From contig CAZHYN010000001.1 in the NCBI GenBank assembly GCA_964536865.1, positions 90,001-122,000 of the forward strand: DNA of 32,000 bases, written 5' to 3'. The stretch comes from an uncultured Planctomycetia bacterium. GTDB taxonomy: Bacteria; Omnitrophota; Gorgyraeia; Duberdicusellales; 4484-171. The position numbers were made by a program, and so were the translations under genes. How positions within the stretch are numbered: position 1 is the stretch's first letter; each line of letters begins with the position of its first letter. Below, one piece after another: positions 17,262-27,032 of this stretch. The notes under the pieces were generated by a model, which saw only the letters and a list, made by a program, of their open reading frames with translations, ran no database searches and was not told where the DNA came from.

Positions 17262-19575
17262 GGCAATCATTCTTATTTTCATAATTTTTTCTTTAGGCTG
17301 TGTTCCTTCCTTAGAGGGTCTTTATCATACTTACCAAAAAACAGTTTCTCACTATCAATCTCTTCTAGCTAGAAACCTTGAGGACTCTGAGTTGAGATTA
17401 AAGTTCGCTAAGTTTTACTATCGTTTTAAAGAGTATGATAAGGTAGTTAATCTTTTAGAGAAAGAAGAAAGTTTATTAGCGAGAATTCTTTATGCTAAAG
17501 CATTAACTCGGTTACATGATTATTCAAAAGCCTTGGAGGTATTTACCCAGATAAAGGAGAAGATTACCTCTCCAGAGGCTCTCTACCTTTATGGATTAGT
17601 TTTAGAGAAAAAAAATCTGTATCCTCAGGCAGTGAAAGTGTATGGAAAAGTAAATCCTCCTTTTCGAGAGCTTGCTCAGAAACATTTAAGAAATATAAGA
17701 GCAAAGGTAGAAGGAGAATTACCTCTTTATGTTAAAAAACTAATTTCTCAATCTCAGCAATTTCTAAGTCAAATCCAAGAAGAGGCAGGGATAATACTCT
17801 TAGTAGACGAAAGGATAGAGATTACTTCAGCTAATACGTCTCTTACTACTCTTCATGTAATAGAGAAGGTGTTAAAAGAGAGAGGTAAGGAGTTAGCCGA
17901 AGTAGAGATTGGCTATGATTCTACCTATGAGAGAGTGGAGTTAGAGTTTGCTCGTACAATTACTCCTCAAGGGAAATTAATTTATGTTGGCAAGGAAAAT
18001 ATAAGGGATGTAACAAAGTACTTAAATTATCCTCTCTATAGTAACGCCAGAGCTTTCATTATTTCTCTCCCAGGAGTAGAGGTGAGTTCACTCATTGAGT
18101 ACAAAGTTAATATTTACTCTTCTAAGCTTATAAATGGAGACGATTTTTCTTTTTTCTATCGTCTTAAAGAAAGATACCCTATCTACAAGGCTAATTTTAG
18201 ACTAATTCTACCTAAATATAGGGAAGCAAAATTTAAGGTTTTAAATAAAGAGTATGCTAAGGATATAGTCTTAGAGCCTCGGGTTAGAGAAGATAGAAAT
18301 CATAAGATCTACTGGTGGCATTTTGATAAAATTTTCCCTATTATTCCTGAAAGAAAGATGCCTCCCTTTTCTTTAGTTAATCCTACTATTCTAATTTCTT
18401 CTTTCCAAGGGTGGGAGGAGATCTATAATTGGTGGTACTCTCTATATAAAGATAAATTAACTCTCTCTAAAGAGATGAAAAAGCTGGTGGAAACCCTTAT
18501 AAAAGGGGCCAGCAGTAGTTATGAGAAAGCAAGGAGAGTTTATGAATATGTAGCAAAAAATATTCGCTATGTTGCTGTAGAGTATGGAGAGAGTGGGTAT
18601 GAACCTCACCAAGCACAAGAAGTTTTTTTGAATCGTTATGGGGATTGTAAAGATCAAGCAATTCTTTTAGTAGCTCTCCTTAAAGAGGCAGGGTTAGAGA
18701 GTTTTCCTGTACTTATTCCTACCCAGGAAGCATACTCTCTCCAGAAGGATTTCCCTTCTCTAGTTTTTAACCATGCTATTTGTGCAGTAAATATAGGAGG
18801 AGAATTAATTTTTATGGACCCCACAAGTCAAACTACTGCCTTTGGCGATCTGCCTCTCTCTGATCAGAATAGAGAGGTTTTACTTTTTTCTTCCCAAGGA
18901 TTTAGAATTGTGAAGACCCCTCTTCTTAAAAATACACGTATCCTTTATTATATGGAGATCACTATAGATGAAAAAGAGAATGCGTTTATAAAGAGAGAGG
19001 TAACTACCAGAGGTTGTTATGCATCTTCCCAAAGATATTATCTTAAATACACTCATCCCCAGAGAATAAGAGAAGATATAAGAAAAAGAATAACAGAGAT
19101 TTCTCCTTTTGCCAAGTTATCGAATTATCATATAGAGAATGTAGAAGATTTAAGTAAATTCCCTAAGCTAACTTATACATTCACAGCAGAGAAGTTTCTT
19201 AAACCTGCTAAGAATTTAAGGATTATCCCTTCTCTTAATGAGATAGATTTAAGTTATTCCCTCATAGCTAAGGAGAAGAGAAATTTTCCTATAGATTTTA
19301 GAGGGGTATTTATTCGTCAGGCTAAGATAGTAGTAGAACTACCTCCCAATTTGGAGGTAAAGTATTTACCCAAAAGTACCAGCTTGACTACTGATTGGTT
19401 TGGCTTTCAACTCAATTATACTTACCACCCCCAGGAACATAAGCTTGAGTTCTTTCAAAAATTTATTTTGAAGAAAAGAATTGTAAAATTAGAAGATTAT
19501 TCTTTGTTTAGAGAGAAGTTAAAGAATGTATTTTATGTCTTAAAGGGAGAAGTAATTTTAGAAAAGAGAGGTTAG
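17239..19575 (+). CDS. Lipoprotein with N-terminal TPR-like region, DUF3857-like region and a transglutaminase-like core
   Basis: Signal peptide plus lipobox (IIFSLGC). The transglutaminase-core Cys motif YGDCKDQAILLVALLKEAGLES is followed by NHAICAV (His) and FMDPT (Asp). Confidence 0.7.
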   Translation: MLLSLLLRAIILIFIIFSLGCVPSLEGLYHTYQKTVSHYQSLLARNLEDSELRLKFAKFYYRFKEYDKVVNLLEKEESLLARILYAKALTRLHDYSKALEVFTQIKEKITSPEALYLYGLVLEKKNLYPQAVKVYGKVNPPFRELAQKHLRNIRAKVEGELPLYVKKLISQSQQFLSQIQEEAGIILLVDERIEITSANTSLTTLHVIEKVLKERGKELAEVEIGYDSTYERVELEFARTITPQGKLIYVGKENIRDVTKYLNYPLYSNARAFIISLPGVEVSSLIEYKVNIYSSKLINGDDFSFFYRLKERYPIYKANFRLILPKYREAKFKVLNKEYAKDIVLEPRVREDRNHKIYWWHFDKIFPIIPERKMPPFSLVNPTILISSFQGWEEIYNWWYSLYKDKLTLSKEMKKLVETLIKGASSSYEKARRVYEYVAKNIRYVAVEYGESGYEPHQAQEVFLNRYGDCKDQAILLVALLKEAGLESFPVLIPTQEAYSLQKDFPSLVFNHAICAVNIGGELIFMDPTSQTTAFGDLPLSDQNREVLLFSSQGFRIVKTPLLKNTRILYYMEITIDEKENAFIKREVTTRGCYASSQRYYLKYTHPQRIREDIRKRITEISPFAKLSNYHIENVEDLSKFPKLTYTFTAEKFLKPAKNLRIIPSLNEIDLSYSLIAKEKRNFPIDFRGVFIRQAKIVVELPPNLEVKYLPKSTSLTTDWFGFQLNYTYHPQEHKLEFFQKFILKKRIVKLEDYSLFREKLKNVFYVLKGEVILEKRG

Positions 19576-19578
19576 AGT

Positions 19579-19953
19579 GTGAAAAAGAGAAGTAGAAGAA
19601 AAGATTTTGAGATCACTTTCTATGAGAAGCTCCTCCAGCATAGGCCAAACTTTGTCCAGGCACTCAGCTGTTTAGGAGATGCTTACACACGTAAGGGTTT
19701 TTATAAGGAAGGTTTAGAGATCGATAGGAAATTAGTAAAATTAAAGCCTGAAGATCCTGTAGTACATTATAACCTAGCTTGTAGCCTTTCTCTTTTAGGA
19801 AGGTTGGATGAGGCTTTAGAAGAGTTAAAGAAGGCAGTTCTTTTGGGGTACGACGATTTCACTTATATCTTAAAAGATCCAGATTTAGAACCTTTGAGAA
19901 GTTACTTGCCATTTAAAAATTTTTTTCAGAAGCTGAAGAGAATAAAATCTTGA
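19579..19953 (+). CDS. Small TPR-repeat protein
   Basis: GTG start 4 nt after the upstream stop. TPR-like ALSCLGDAYTRKGFYKEGLEIDRKLVKLKPEDPVVHYNLACSLSLLGRLDEALEELKKAV. Confidence 0.65.
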   Translation: MKKRSRRKDFEITFYEKLLQHRPNFVQALSCLGDAYTRKGFYKEGLEIDRKLVKLKPEDPVVHYNLACSLSLLGRLDEALEELKKAVLLGYDDFTYILKDPDLEPLRSYLPFKNFFQKLKRIKS

Positions 19954-21053
19954 ATAGAGAGAAAGAAAAGGTAAAGGTTTATCATCTTCTTAAGAACATC
20001 TTATTTTTTACTAAACTTACCGGTGTATTAGTTCTACTTTTCCTTTTATTCAGGAGTGGCTTTCCTTGGAGAATTGAGAATGAGATAGATAATTTAAATT
20101 ATTATCTAAAAGCATTCATATATCTGAGTATACTTTTTGTTATTTTCTCTTCGATAAATCTTCTCTTTGATTGGATGGAAGGTTACTTAGTAGAGAAGAG
20201 GTTTAATCTTTCTTCTCAGACCCTTGGTGGATGGTTTAAAGATTTTCTAAAAACTACTATGGTAGAATTTTTAATATTCTTGATTCTGGGAGAAATCTTC
20301 TACTTTTTTCTGAGGATAACAAGACTGTGGTGGCTACCGGTATGGATAGTATGGTTTTTCCTTACTTTTGTACTAGCAAAGATTTTTCCTTATTTAATTT
20401 TACCTCTCTTCTTTAAGTTAAGAAAAATAGAGGAGCCTTCCCTTAAAGAAACAATCAATAACTTGGCACATGCTTTTGGAATAAAGATAAAAGACATCTG
20501 GGAAGTTGATTTTTCTAGGAAGACTAAAAAAGCTAATGCCTTTGTTACGGGATTGGGTAATTCAAAACGTGTGGTTTTAGCAGATAATCTCTTAGCTAGA
20601 TATACTCCCCAAGAGATAGAAGTTGTGTGTGCCCATGAGTTTGCTCATATAAAGAACAGAGATACATTAAAGTCTATATTTCTTGTAGGAGGTAGCTTAC
20701 TCTTTATGTTCTTGTTTTTAAACTTAATCATCAGGAGAGTTGCTGATTCCATAGATATAGAGCTTTGTCATCCTAGACTTTTACCTTTAATTCTGCTTTT
20801 TATAATTATTCTTAATTTCATTTTTACTCCAGTAAGGAATTTTTTCTTAAGAAGGATAGAGGAGAAAGCGGATGAGAGTGCTTTATTGTCTATTCAATCT
20901 AGGGATAGTTTTATAAGTTGTATGGAGAAGTTAGCTAGAGATAATTTGAGCGAAAGGGATCCACCCAAATGGCGAAAATTTCTCTTTTATACGCATCCTC
21001 CTATCAATGAGAGAATAAAGAAAGCAGAAAACTATGAAGAAAGAAGAGTTTGA
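19950..21053 (+). CDS. M48 family (Ste24/HtpX-like) membrane zinc metalloprotease
   Basis: HExxH in VVCAHEFAHIKNRD, a distal EEKADESA, and multiple TM segments. The TTG start overlaps the upstream TGA, and the exact start is uncertain. Confidence 0.75.
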   Translation: MNREKEKVKVYHLLKNILFFTKLTGVLVLLFLLFRSGFPWRIENEIDNLNYYLKAFIYLSILFVIFSSINLLFDWMEGYLVEKRFNLSSQTLGGWFKDFLKTTMVEFLIFLILGEIFYFFLRITRLWWLPVWIVWFFLTFVLAKIFPYLILPLFFKLRKIEEPSLKETINNLAHAFGIKIKDIWEVDFSRKTKKANAFVTGLGNSKRVVLADNLLARYTPQEIEVVCAHEFAHIKNRDTLKSIFLVGGSLLFMFLFLNLIIRRVADSIDIELCHPRLLPLILLFIIILNFIFTPVRNFFLRRIEEKADESALLSIQSRDSFISCMEKLARDNLSERDPPKWRKFLFYTHPPINERIKKAENYEERRV

Positions 21054-23058
21054 GAAAAGGCGGTATGTTAGAATCTCTACTGTATTTCCTGTAGAGTTCT
21101 ACGTACTTGATAAAGATGGTAAGAAGATTACTCCTTACCTTCAGGGGTTTACTAACAACATTGGTAAGGGAGGATTATGTGTGGCAGTAAATGACTTATG
21201 GTGGGGATTCTGGGATAGATTTACTGAAGAAAGTATTCTTTACTTAGTTATAGAAGTTCCTTTCCGAAAGAATCCAATTTTAGCTAAGGGGAGGATAGTT
21301 TGGAGGAAGAGAGAAAAGCTGGAAAGGTTCACTCGCTGTAGTTTAGGGATAGAATTTACAGAAATTAGTCCTTCCTTAAAGAGAACCCTTTTTAGATACG
21401 CAATTAGTAAAAAGATTTTCCCTTACCTAGTATCTTCAATGATAGCTTTTCTTATTCTTTTTTCTTTCCTCATCTGGATAAGAGAAGAAAAGTTGCTCCA
21501 AAAAAATAGAAGTTTGGTAGTTAAGTATCACTCTCTCTTGGAGGAGTCAGCTAAGCTAAGAAGTCAGTTAACTGAAGAAACTAAACTTTTAACATTTGTG
21601 AAAAATAGGAAGAGTAAATTAGAAGAAGAATTATCATTTCTTAAGGAGGAACTCTCATTTTGGCAGACTAGATACAACCAACTTCTTAAACAAGAGATGG
21701 AGGTAAGAGAGAAGGAGAGGGCAACTAAAGCTCTTCAGGATAAGATGAGGGAGCTTAAAGCCCAGATAGAAAGTTTAGAAAAAGAAAATCGGTTTTTAAA
21801 AGAAAAGTTTAAAAAAGAGGAAGATATAAAAAGTAGACTTTCTCAAGAAGTTAATATATTGGAAGAAGAAAAAATTGATTATGTAAAAAGGATAGTAAGG
21901 GGAATGTATGAGTGGATAACTACTCGTCAAGATTTAAATAGTGGACTAGTTTTAAGCTATGAAGGAGATAGAGAGTTGAATAGAGTAGCTTTTACCTATG
22001 ACCAAGCTTTAGCCGCGATAGTGTTTATTCTCTTTAAAGATAATTCTAAAGCGAGAAAAGTCTTAGATTTTTATCTTAACCAAATAGAGAATAAAAAGCC
22101 TATTTACAATGGTTACTATACTAATGGAGGGATCTTTGAGTATGTCGTCTCTTCCGGACCAAACGCCTGGATAGGTTTGGCTAGTTTAAATTATGTGAAG
22201 TTCACAAATGAGAGGAGGTATTTAAAGATAGCTAAAGCAGTAGCGGACTTCCTTCTAAAAATGATGGATAAAGAAGGAGGAATAAGAGGAGGGCCTAATT
22301 TTTACTGGTATTCTACCGAACATAATCTGGACTGTTATGCCTTCTTTAAAATGATGGGAGAGTTAACTAATAACTCTTATTATTTGGATGTTTCTCAAAA
22401 GATAAAGAGGTGGATAGATACCTATGCTTATACTGATAAAGGTATTCCTGTAAATAGAGGGAAGGGGGATGCTACTATTGCTACCGATACCTACGCCTGG
22501 TCAATCACTGCTTTAGGACCACAAGAATTGATTTCTTTAAAGATGGATCCCGAAGTTATTTTAGATTTTGCTGTAAAAAATTGCCACGTTACTACTCACT
22601 TTAAAGTAAAGAATAGAGAAATCTCTGTAACAGGATTCGATTTTGCTAAAGCTAAAAATCTAGCTCGTGGAGGGGTAATCTCTTGTGAATGGACAGCTCA
22701 GATGATTTTAGCTTTTGAAATTTTAAGCAATTATTATCAAGAGAAGAATCCAGATAAAGCTAACTATTACTGGGAGAGAGCAAATTACTATTTTGAGGAA
22801 CTTCAGAAAATGGTAATTAGCTCCCCGTCTCCTTTAGGAAAAGCTAATCCTACTCTCCCTTACGCTTCTGCTAGCTTCGTAGATACCGGTCACGGTTGGC
22901 GTACTCCCAAGGGAGATAAAGTAGGATCTTTAGCCTCTACCGCTTATTTTCTGATTTCTTACTTAGGGTATAACCCTCTTGGCGGGGAATTTCTTTCTAG
23001 CTCCCTAAAAAGAGCTTATGAACAAAGAACTTATAAAGCTTACACAAAGGCTAATTAG
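21034..23058 (+). CDS. PilZ-domain / TM / coiled-coil / alpha-alpha-toroid (six-hairpin glycosidase-like) fusion protein
   Basis: The N-terminus has RRYVR (RxxxR) and TNNIGKGGLCV (a D/NxSxxG-like motif with Ser replaced by Gly). One TM segment (IFPYLVSSMIAFLILFSFLIWI). About 130 aa of heptad-rich coiled coil. The C-terminus shows repeating TYDQALAAIVF / GPNAWIGLASL / STEHNLDCYAFF / ATDTYAWSITAL helix-pair signatures. Confidence 0.6.
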   Translation: MKKEEFEKRRYVRISTVFPVEFYVLDKDGKKITPYLQGFTNNIGKGGLCVAVNDLWWGFWDRFTEESILYLVIEVPFRKNPILAKGRIVWRKREKLERFTRCSLGIEFTEISPSLKRTLFRYAISKKIFPYLVSSMIAFLILFSFLIWIREEKLLQKNRSLVVKYHSLLEESAKLRSQLTEETKLLTFVKNRKSKLEEELSFLKEELSFWQTRYNQLLKQEMEVREKERATKALQDKMRELKAQIESLEKENRFLKEKFKKEEDIKSRLSQEVNILEEEKIDYVKRIVRGMYEWITTRQDLNSGLVLSYEGDRELNRVAFTYDQALAAIVFILFKDNSKARKVLDFYLNQIENKKPIYNGYYTNGGIFEYVVSSGPNAWIGLASLNYVKFTNERRYLKIAKAVADFLLKMMDKEGGIRGGPNFYWYSTEHNLDCYAFFKMMGELTNNSYYLDVSQKIKRWIDTYAYTDKGIPVNRGKGDATIATDTYAWSITALGPQELISLKMDPEVILDFAVKNCHVTTHFKVKNREISVTGFDFAKAKNLARGGVISCEWTAQMILAFEILSNYYQEKNPDKANYYWERANYYFEELQKMVISSPSPLGKANPTLPYASASFVDTGHGWRTPKGDKVGSLASTAYFLISYLGYNPLGGEFLSSSLKRAYEQRTYKAYTKAN

Positions 23059-24148
23059 AATAGATTCATCTAACCCTCCTGGTAAAGAGAAAGAGATAGC
23101 TCTCTTCATAAAAAGATACATTAATGATTTAAAGTTTACATCCAAGTTGTATGAGTTTGAAAGAAACAGACCTAACCTGGTGTGTAAGATTCCCTCTCTC
23201 AGATCCAAGAAAAAACTCCTTATTACTCCTCATATAGATACCGTTCCTCCTTCGGGGAAATGGCGTTTTTCTCCTTTCTCGGGAAAAATTTATCGAGGAA
23301 GGATATATGGGAGAGGAGCCAGTGACGATAAAGGAAACGTAGCTGTGGCTCTCTACCTTATCAAGTTACTGAGAGAAAAAAAGATAAGATTGAAGAACTT
23401 AGATTTGATTATAGCTTTTACTGCTGACGAAGAAACGGGTAGTAAAGTGGGGATAAAGCCTCTTCTTAATTACTTAGGAAAGATAGATTATGGATTAGTT
23501 TTGGATAGTGATGATTTCGAAATTGTAATTGCCCAAAAGGGATTGCTTCACTTACGTGTAGAGATTTTTGGTAAAGAAGCTCATGGGGCATACCCTGAAA
23601 GGGGAATAAATGCTATAGAGAAGTCTGTGTATATTCTAAATGAACTTCTTCAAGAAGATTGGGAAAATAAAGTTCATCCTCTCTTAAAAAGACCTACTAT
23701 AAATATTGGAAGGATTTCCGGAGGAGAAAAAGTAAATGTTGTAGCAGGTTTTAACTTTTTTGAGCTGGATATAAGGTATATACCTTCGATGAATAAGAAA
23801 AACATAGAAAAAAAGCTTAGAAAAATTATAGAGAAATATATCAGGAAATACAGAATAAAAATTTTAGCTCACCAGGAGCCTTTGGAGATAGCGAAGAATC
23901 ACTTTCTTATAAAGCTGATGAGAAAAGTATTAAAGAGACACAAAATTAAAGTCTCCTATAAAGCAAGTTTAGGAGCGACGGTAATCAATTTTTTAAGCGA
24001 GAGAGGCATAGAAGGTTTCTGTTTTGGTTTTGGTTCAAAAGGATGTGCCCATTCCGCTAACGAGTATGTGAAGATAAAGAACCTTTATGGAGGAGTAGAA
24101 GTACTCAAAGATTATGTTTTATCCTTAGATGATTATGCTGGAAGATAA
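23018..24148 (+). CDS. M20 family metallopeptidase (ArgE/DapE-like deacylase)
   Basis: Motifs LIRIDSSNPPG, PHIDTVP, GRGASDDKG, ADEETGS and AHGAYPERGINA. Confidence 0.85.
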   Translation: MNKELIKLTQRLIRIDSSNPPGKEKEIALFIKRYINDLKFTSKLYEFERNRPNLVCKIPSLRSKKKLLITPHIDTVPPSGKWRFSPFSGKIYRGRIYGRGASDDKGNVAVALYLIKLLREKKIRLKNLDLIIAFTADEETGSKVGIKPLLNYLGKIDYGLVLDSDDFEIVIAQKGLLHLRVEIFGKEAHGAYPERGINAIEKSVYILNELLQEDWENKVHPLLKRPTINIGRISGGEKVNVVAGFNFFELDIRYIPSMNKKNIEKKLRKIIEKYIRKYRIKILAHQEPLEIAKNHFLIKLMRKVLKRHKIKVSYKASLGATVINFLSERGIEGFCFGFGSKGCAHSANEYVKIKNLYGGVEVLKDYVLSLDDYAGR

Positions 24149-24761
24149 AAGATTGTTTGATTCTATCCAAGAGGATTTAAGGAAGTATATTGATTTAAGA
24201 GATAGATTAAAAAAGATAGAGACTATAGGGGGAGCTGATATCTCCTTCCGGGGAAAAGAAGCTCAGGTGTGCATCTGTGTTTTAGATTTTAAAAGTTTAA
24301 GACTTATAGAGAAAAAAATTTACCGGGTTTATGTTAAATTCCCTTACATACCAGGTTATCTCTCCTTCAGAGAAGGGCCAGCGATCCTGGAAGGAATTTT
24401 TAACCTTAATACTCCTTACGATTGTTTTATCTTTGATGGCAATGGTATCCTTCATCCTAAGAACTTAGGCTTAGCTACATTCCTGGGTATAATTTTAAGA
24501 AAACCTACAATAGGTTGTGCTAAGAGCCTTCTCTTAGGAAGATACAAAAGTCCCGGGAAAACAAAAGGAAATTTTTCTTACATAAAGTATAAAAAGAGAA
24601 TATTAGGAGCTGCAGTAAGAACAAGATCTCAAGTTAAGGAAGTGTATGTCTCTTGTGGATGGGGGATAAGTTTAAAAAGAGCTATAGAGGTCGTTCTTGC
24701 TACTTCTAAGTATAGGATTCCCGAACCATCGAGGTTAGCTCATATCTACTCCAAATTTTAA
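24129..24761 (+). CDS. nfi: Endonuclease V (deoxyinosine 3' endonuclease)
   Basis: Motifs GGADISF, PYIPGYLSFREGPAIL, FDGNGILHPKNLGLATFLG, PTIGCAK and YRIPEPSRLAH all align with E. coli Nfi motifs. Confidence 0.9.
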   Translation: MIMLEDKRLFDSIQEDLRKYIDLRDRLKKIETIGGADISFRGKEAQVCICVLDFKSLRLIEKKIYRVYVKFPYIPGYLSFREGPAILEGIFNLNTPYDCFIFDGNGILHPKNLGLATFLGIILRKPTIGCAKSLLLGRYKSPGKTKGNFSYIKYKKRILGAAVRTRSQVKEVYVSCGWGISLKRAIEVVLATSKYRIPEPSRLAHIYSKF

Positions 24762-24781
24762 AAATCCTCTCTTTCTGAAAG

Positions 24782-25483
24782 ATGACAAGAATTGGATGTT
24801 GCGGCTTCCCTAAAAGGAGAACAGTCTACTTTGGAAATTTTAACTGCGTGGAGCTCCAAAACACCTTTTATCAACCTCCTCAGAAGCTGGAGACTTTCTA
24901 TAAGTTAAGAGAGGAGGCTCCTCCTGCCTTTGAGTTTACAGTGAAAGCCTGGCAGATAATCACTCATCCGAAAACTTCTCCTACCTATCGAAGACTTAAA
25001 AAAGATATAGGGAACCCTCACAACTATGGATTCTTTAAACCAACAAAGGAGGTATTTGCTGCTTTTAGAAGAATTTATGAAGTTGCTAATTCTTTGAAAG
25101 CAAAGATAATTCTGTTTCAGACGCCACCTAATTTTAAGGAGAATAAGGAAAATATAGATAATATGTATAAATTTTTTAGTAGGATAGAAAAAGGTAATTT
25201 AACTTTTTGCTGGGAGGAAAGGAGTAGTTTTAAAGACACCACTATCAGAAGAATCTGTAAGGATTTGAATTTAATTCATGTTGTAGATCCGTTTAAAAAA
25301 GAGCCAGTTTGGGGTGATTTTTTATATTTCAGACTCCACGGCAAAGGAGGATATAGATATAAGTATACTAAGAAGGATTTAAAATATCTGAAGAGATTGG
25401 TTGAGAGAAGCTCTGGGTACGTTTTCTTTAACAATATTTATATGTGGGAGGATGCTTTAAGTTTTAAAAAAATGATTTCTTAA
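24782..25483 (+). CDS. DUF72 (YecE-like) family protein
   Basis: N-terminal RIGCCGFP...FNCVELQNTFYQPP and the later FEFTVKAWQIITH are typical of DUF72. Confidence 0.75.
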   Translation: MTRIGCCGFPKRRTVYFGNFNCVELQNTFYQPPQKLETFYKLREEAPPAFEFTVKAWQIITHPKTSPTYRRLKKDIGNPHNYGFFKPTKEVFAAFRRIYEVANSLKAKIILFQTPPNFKENKENIDNMYKFFSRIEKGNLTFCWEERSSFKDTTIRRICKDLNLIHVVDPFKKEPVWGDFLYFRLHGKGGYRYKYTKKDLKYLKRLVERSSGYVFFNNIYMWEDALSFKKMIS

Positions 25484-25902
25484 TGGTAAGAGAAGTTTAC
25501 TCATTAGGTACAAGCAACCGCACCCAAGAGGCTTTTTTAAGGATAATTAAAAAATTCCATATCCAAAGAGTAGTGGATGTAAGAAGATTTCCTACCTCTA
25601 GATTTATCCATTTTAAGGCTCCTAACCTGAAGAAGATACTTAATCAAGAAAATATAGAGTACGTATATATGGGAGATATTTTAGGGGGTTATAGAAAAGA
25701 GGGATACAGAAATTACCTCCATACAGAAGCCTTCCTTTTAGGACTAAGAAAATTAGAGAAGTTAGCTTTAGAGAAAAGAACTTGTATCTTATGTTGTGAA
25801 CGTTTTTACTTCCGGTGTCATAGACGTTTCATAACTAAGGCTTTAAGGAGAAATTTTAAGATTATTCACATAATTGAGGAAGATAAAGTTAAACAGGAAT
25901 AG
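25483..25902 (+). CDS. DUF488 family protein
   Basis: YSLGTSNRTQEAFLRIIKKFHIQRVVDVRRFPTSRF...YVYMGDILGG and CCERFYFRCHRRFI are typical of DUF488. The start overlaps the DUF72 stop (TAATG). Confidence 0.75.
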   Translation: MVREVYSLGTSNRTQEAFLRIIKKFHIQRVVDVRRFPTSRFIHFKAPNLKKILNQENIEYVYMGDILGGYRKEGYRNYLHTEAFLLGLRKLEKLALEKRTCILCCERFYFRCHRRFITKALRRNFKIIHIIEEDKVKQE

Positions 25903-26994
25903 ATGGGAACTTGCAGGATATGTAAAAAGAAAGCTTCCGATGTTTCTTCTCTTTTAGGGGTATGTGGAAGATGTATTAGAGAGAATTTTAGTAAGGTAAA
26001 AGACCTCTTAGAGGAAATTCATACAGAAATAAAAAAAGAGGAAGGGATTTCTCCTGAGGGAGGAAAAGAGAGTGGATTAGGGTGCAAGTTATGTATCAAT
26101 AATTGTTACTTACAGGAAGGAGAAATCAGCTTTTGTGGATTAAGGAAAGTGGAGAAAAATAAATTAGTTGGACCAAATAGAAATTTTGCTAGCCTGGAGT
26201 TTTACTTCGATCCTCTCCCCACAAACTGTGTGGCTAGCTTCTGTTGCGGTGCTACAGGATGCGGATATCCTCAATTTTCCTACACCTTAGGGGATGAGTT
26301 AGGTTATAAGAACTTAGCTGTATTCCTCAACGGTTGCTCGTTTAACTGTCTCTTTTGCCAAAATTATCACTATCGCAAGAGACCGTATCAATTCAATAAT
26401 TTAGTGAGTGTAAATGACCTTTTGAATGTTATTGATTCAAAGACTTCATGTGTGTGTTTTTTTGGTGGTGATCCTTCCTGTCAGATAGAGTTTACTATAG
26501 AATTTTCTCGTCGAGCTATAGAAGCTAGAAAAAATAGGATTTTAAGATTCTGTTGGGAGACAAATGGAAGTTTTAATCCCAAGTTCAATGAGGAAATTTT
26601 AAGTATCCTTCTTGAAAGTGGGGGAACAATAAAATTTGATTTAAAATTCTTCTCTCCAGAGTTAAATTTAGCTCTATGTGGTAAGAGTAACAAGCAAAGT
26701 TATGATAATTTCTCTTTTTTTGCCAGAAACTTTTATAGGAGAAAGAACCCTCCTTTAGTATGTGTATCTACACCTATAGTAAGTGGGTATACCGATGAGG
26801 ATGAGGTAGAGAAAATTGCTCAGTTTATTTCTCAGTTTGACAGGCGTATTCCTTACTCCCTTCTAGGTTTCTGGCCTTGTTTCTATCTTAAAGATTTACC
26901 TCCCACATCAAAAGAATTGATGTATAGATGCTATGGTAAGGCAAAAAAATTTCTGGATAATGTAAACATAGGTAATAAGCATCTTCTAACTTAG
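25903..26994 (+). CDS. Radical SAM enzyme (PflA/AmrS-like activase family) with extra N-terminal Cys clusters
   Basis: The CX3CX2C motif is in NGCSFNCLFCQNY. Upstream are CRIC...CGRC and CKLCINNC cysteine clusters. The ATG follows the DUF488 stop codon directly. Confidence 0.8.
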   Translation: MGTCRICKKKASDVSSLLGVCGRCIRENFSKVKDLLEEIHTEIKKEEGISPEGGKESGLGCKLCINNCYLQEGEISFCGLRKVEKNKLVGPNRNFASLEFYFDPLPTNCVASFCCGATGCGYPQFSYTLGDELGYKNLAVFLNGCSFNCLFCQNYHYRKRPYQFNNLVSVNDLLNVIDSKTSCVCFFGGDPSCQIEFTIEFSRRAIEARKNRILRFCWETNGSFNPKFNEEILSILLESGGTIKFDLKFFSPELNLALCGKSNKQSYDNFSFFARNFYRRKNPPLVCVSTPIVSGYTDEDEVEKIAQFISQFDRRIPYSLLGFWPCFYLKDLPPTSKELMYRCYGKAKKFLDNVNIGNKHLLT

Positions 26995-27032
26995 GTTTAA
27001 ATGTGATAAAATACCTCCTCATTTAGAAGAAG

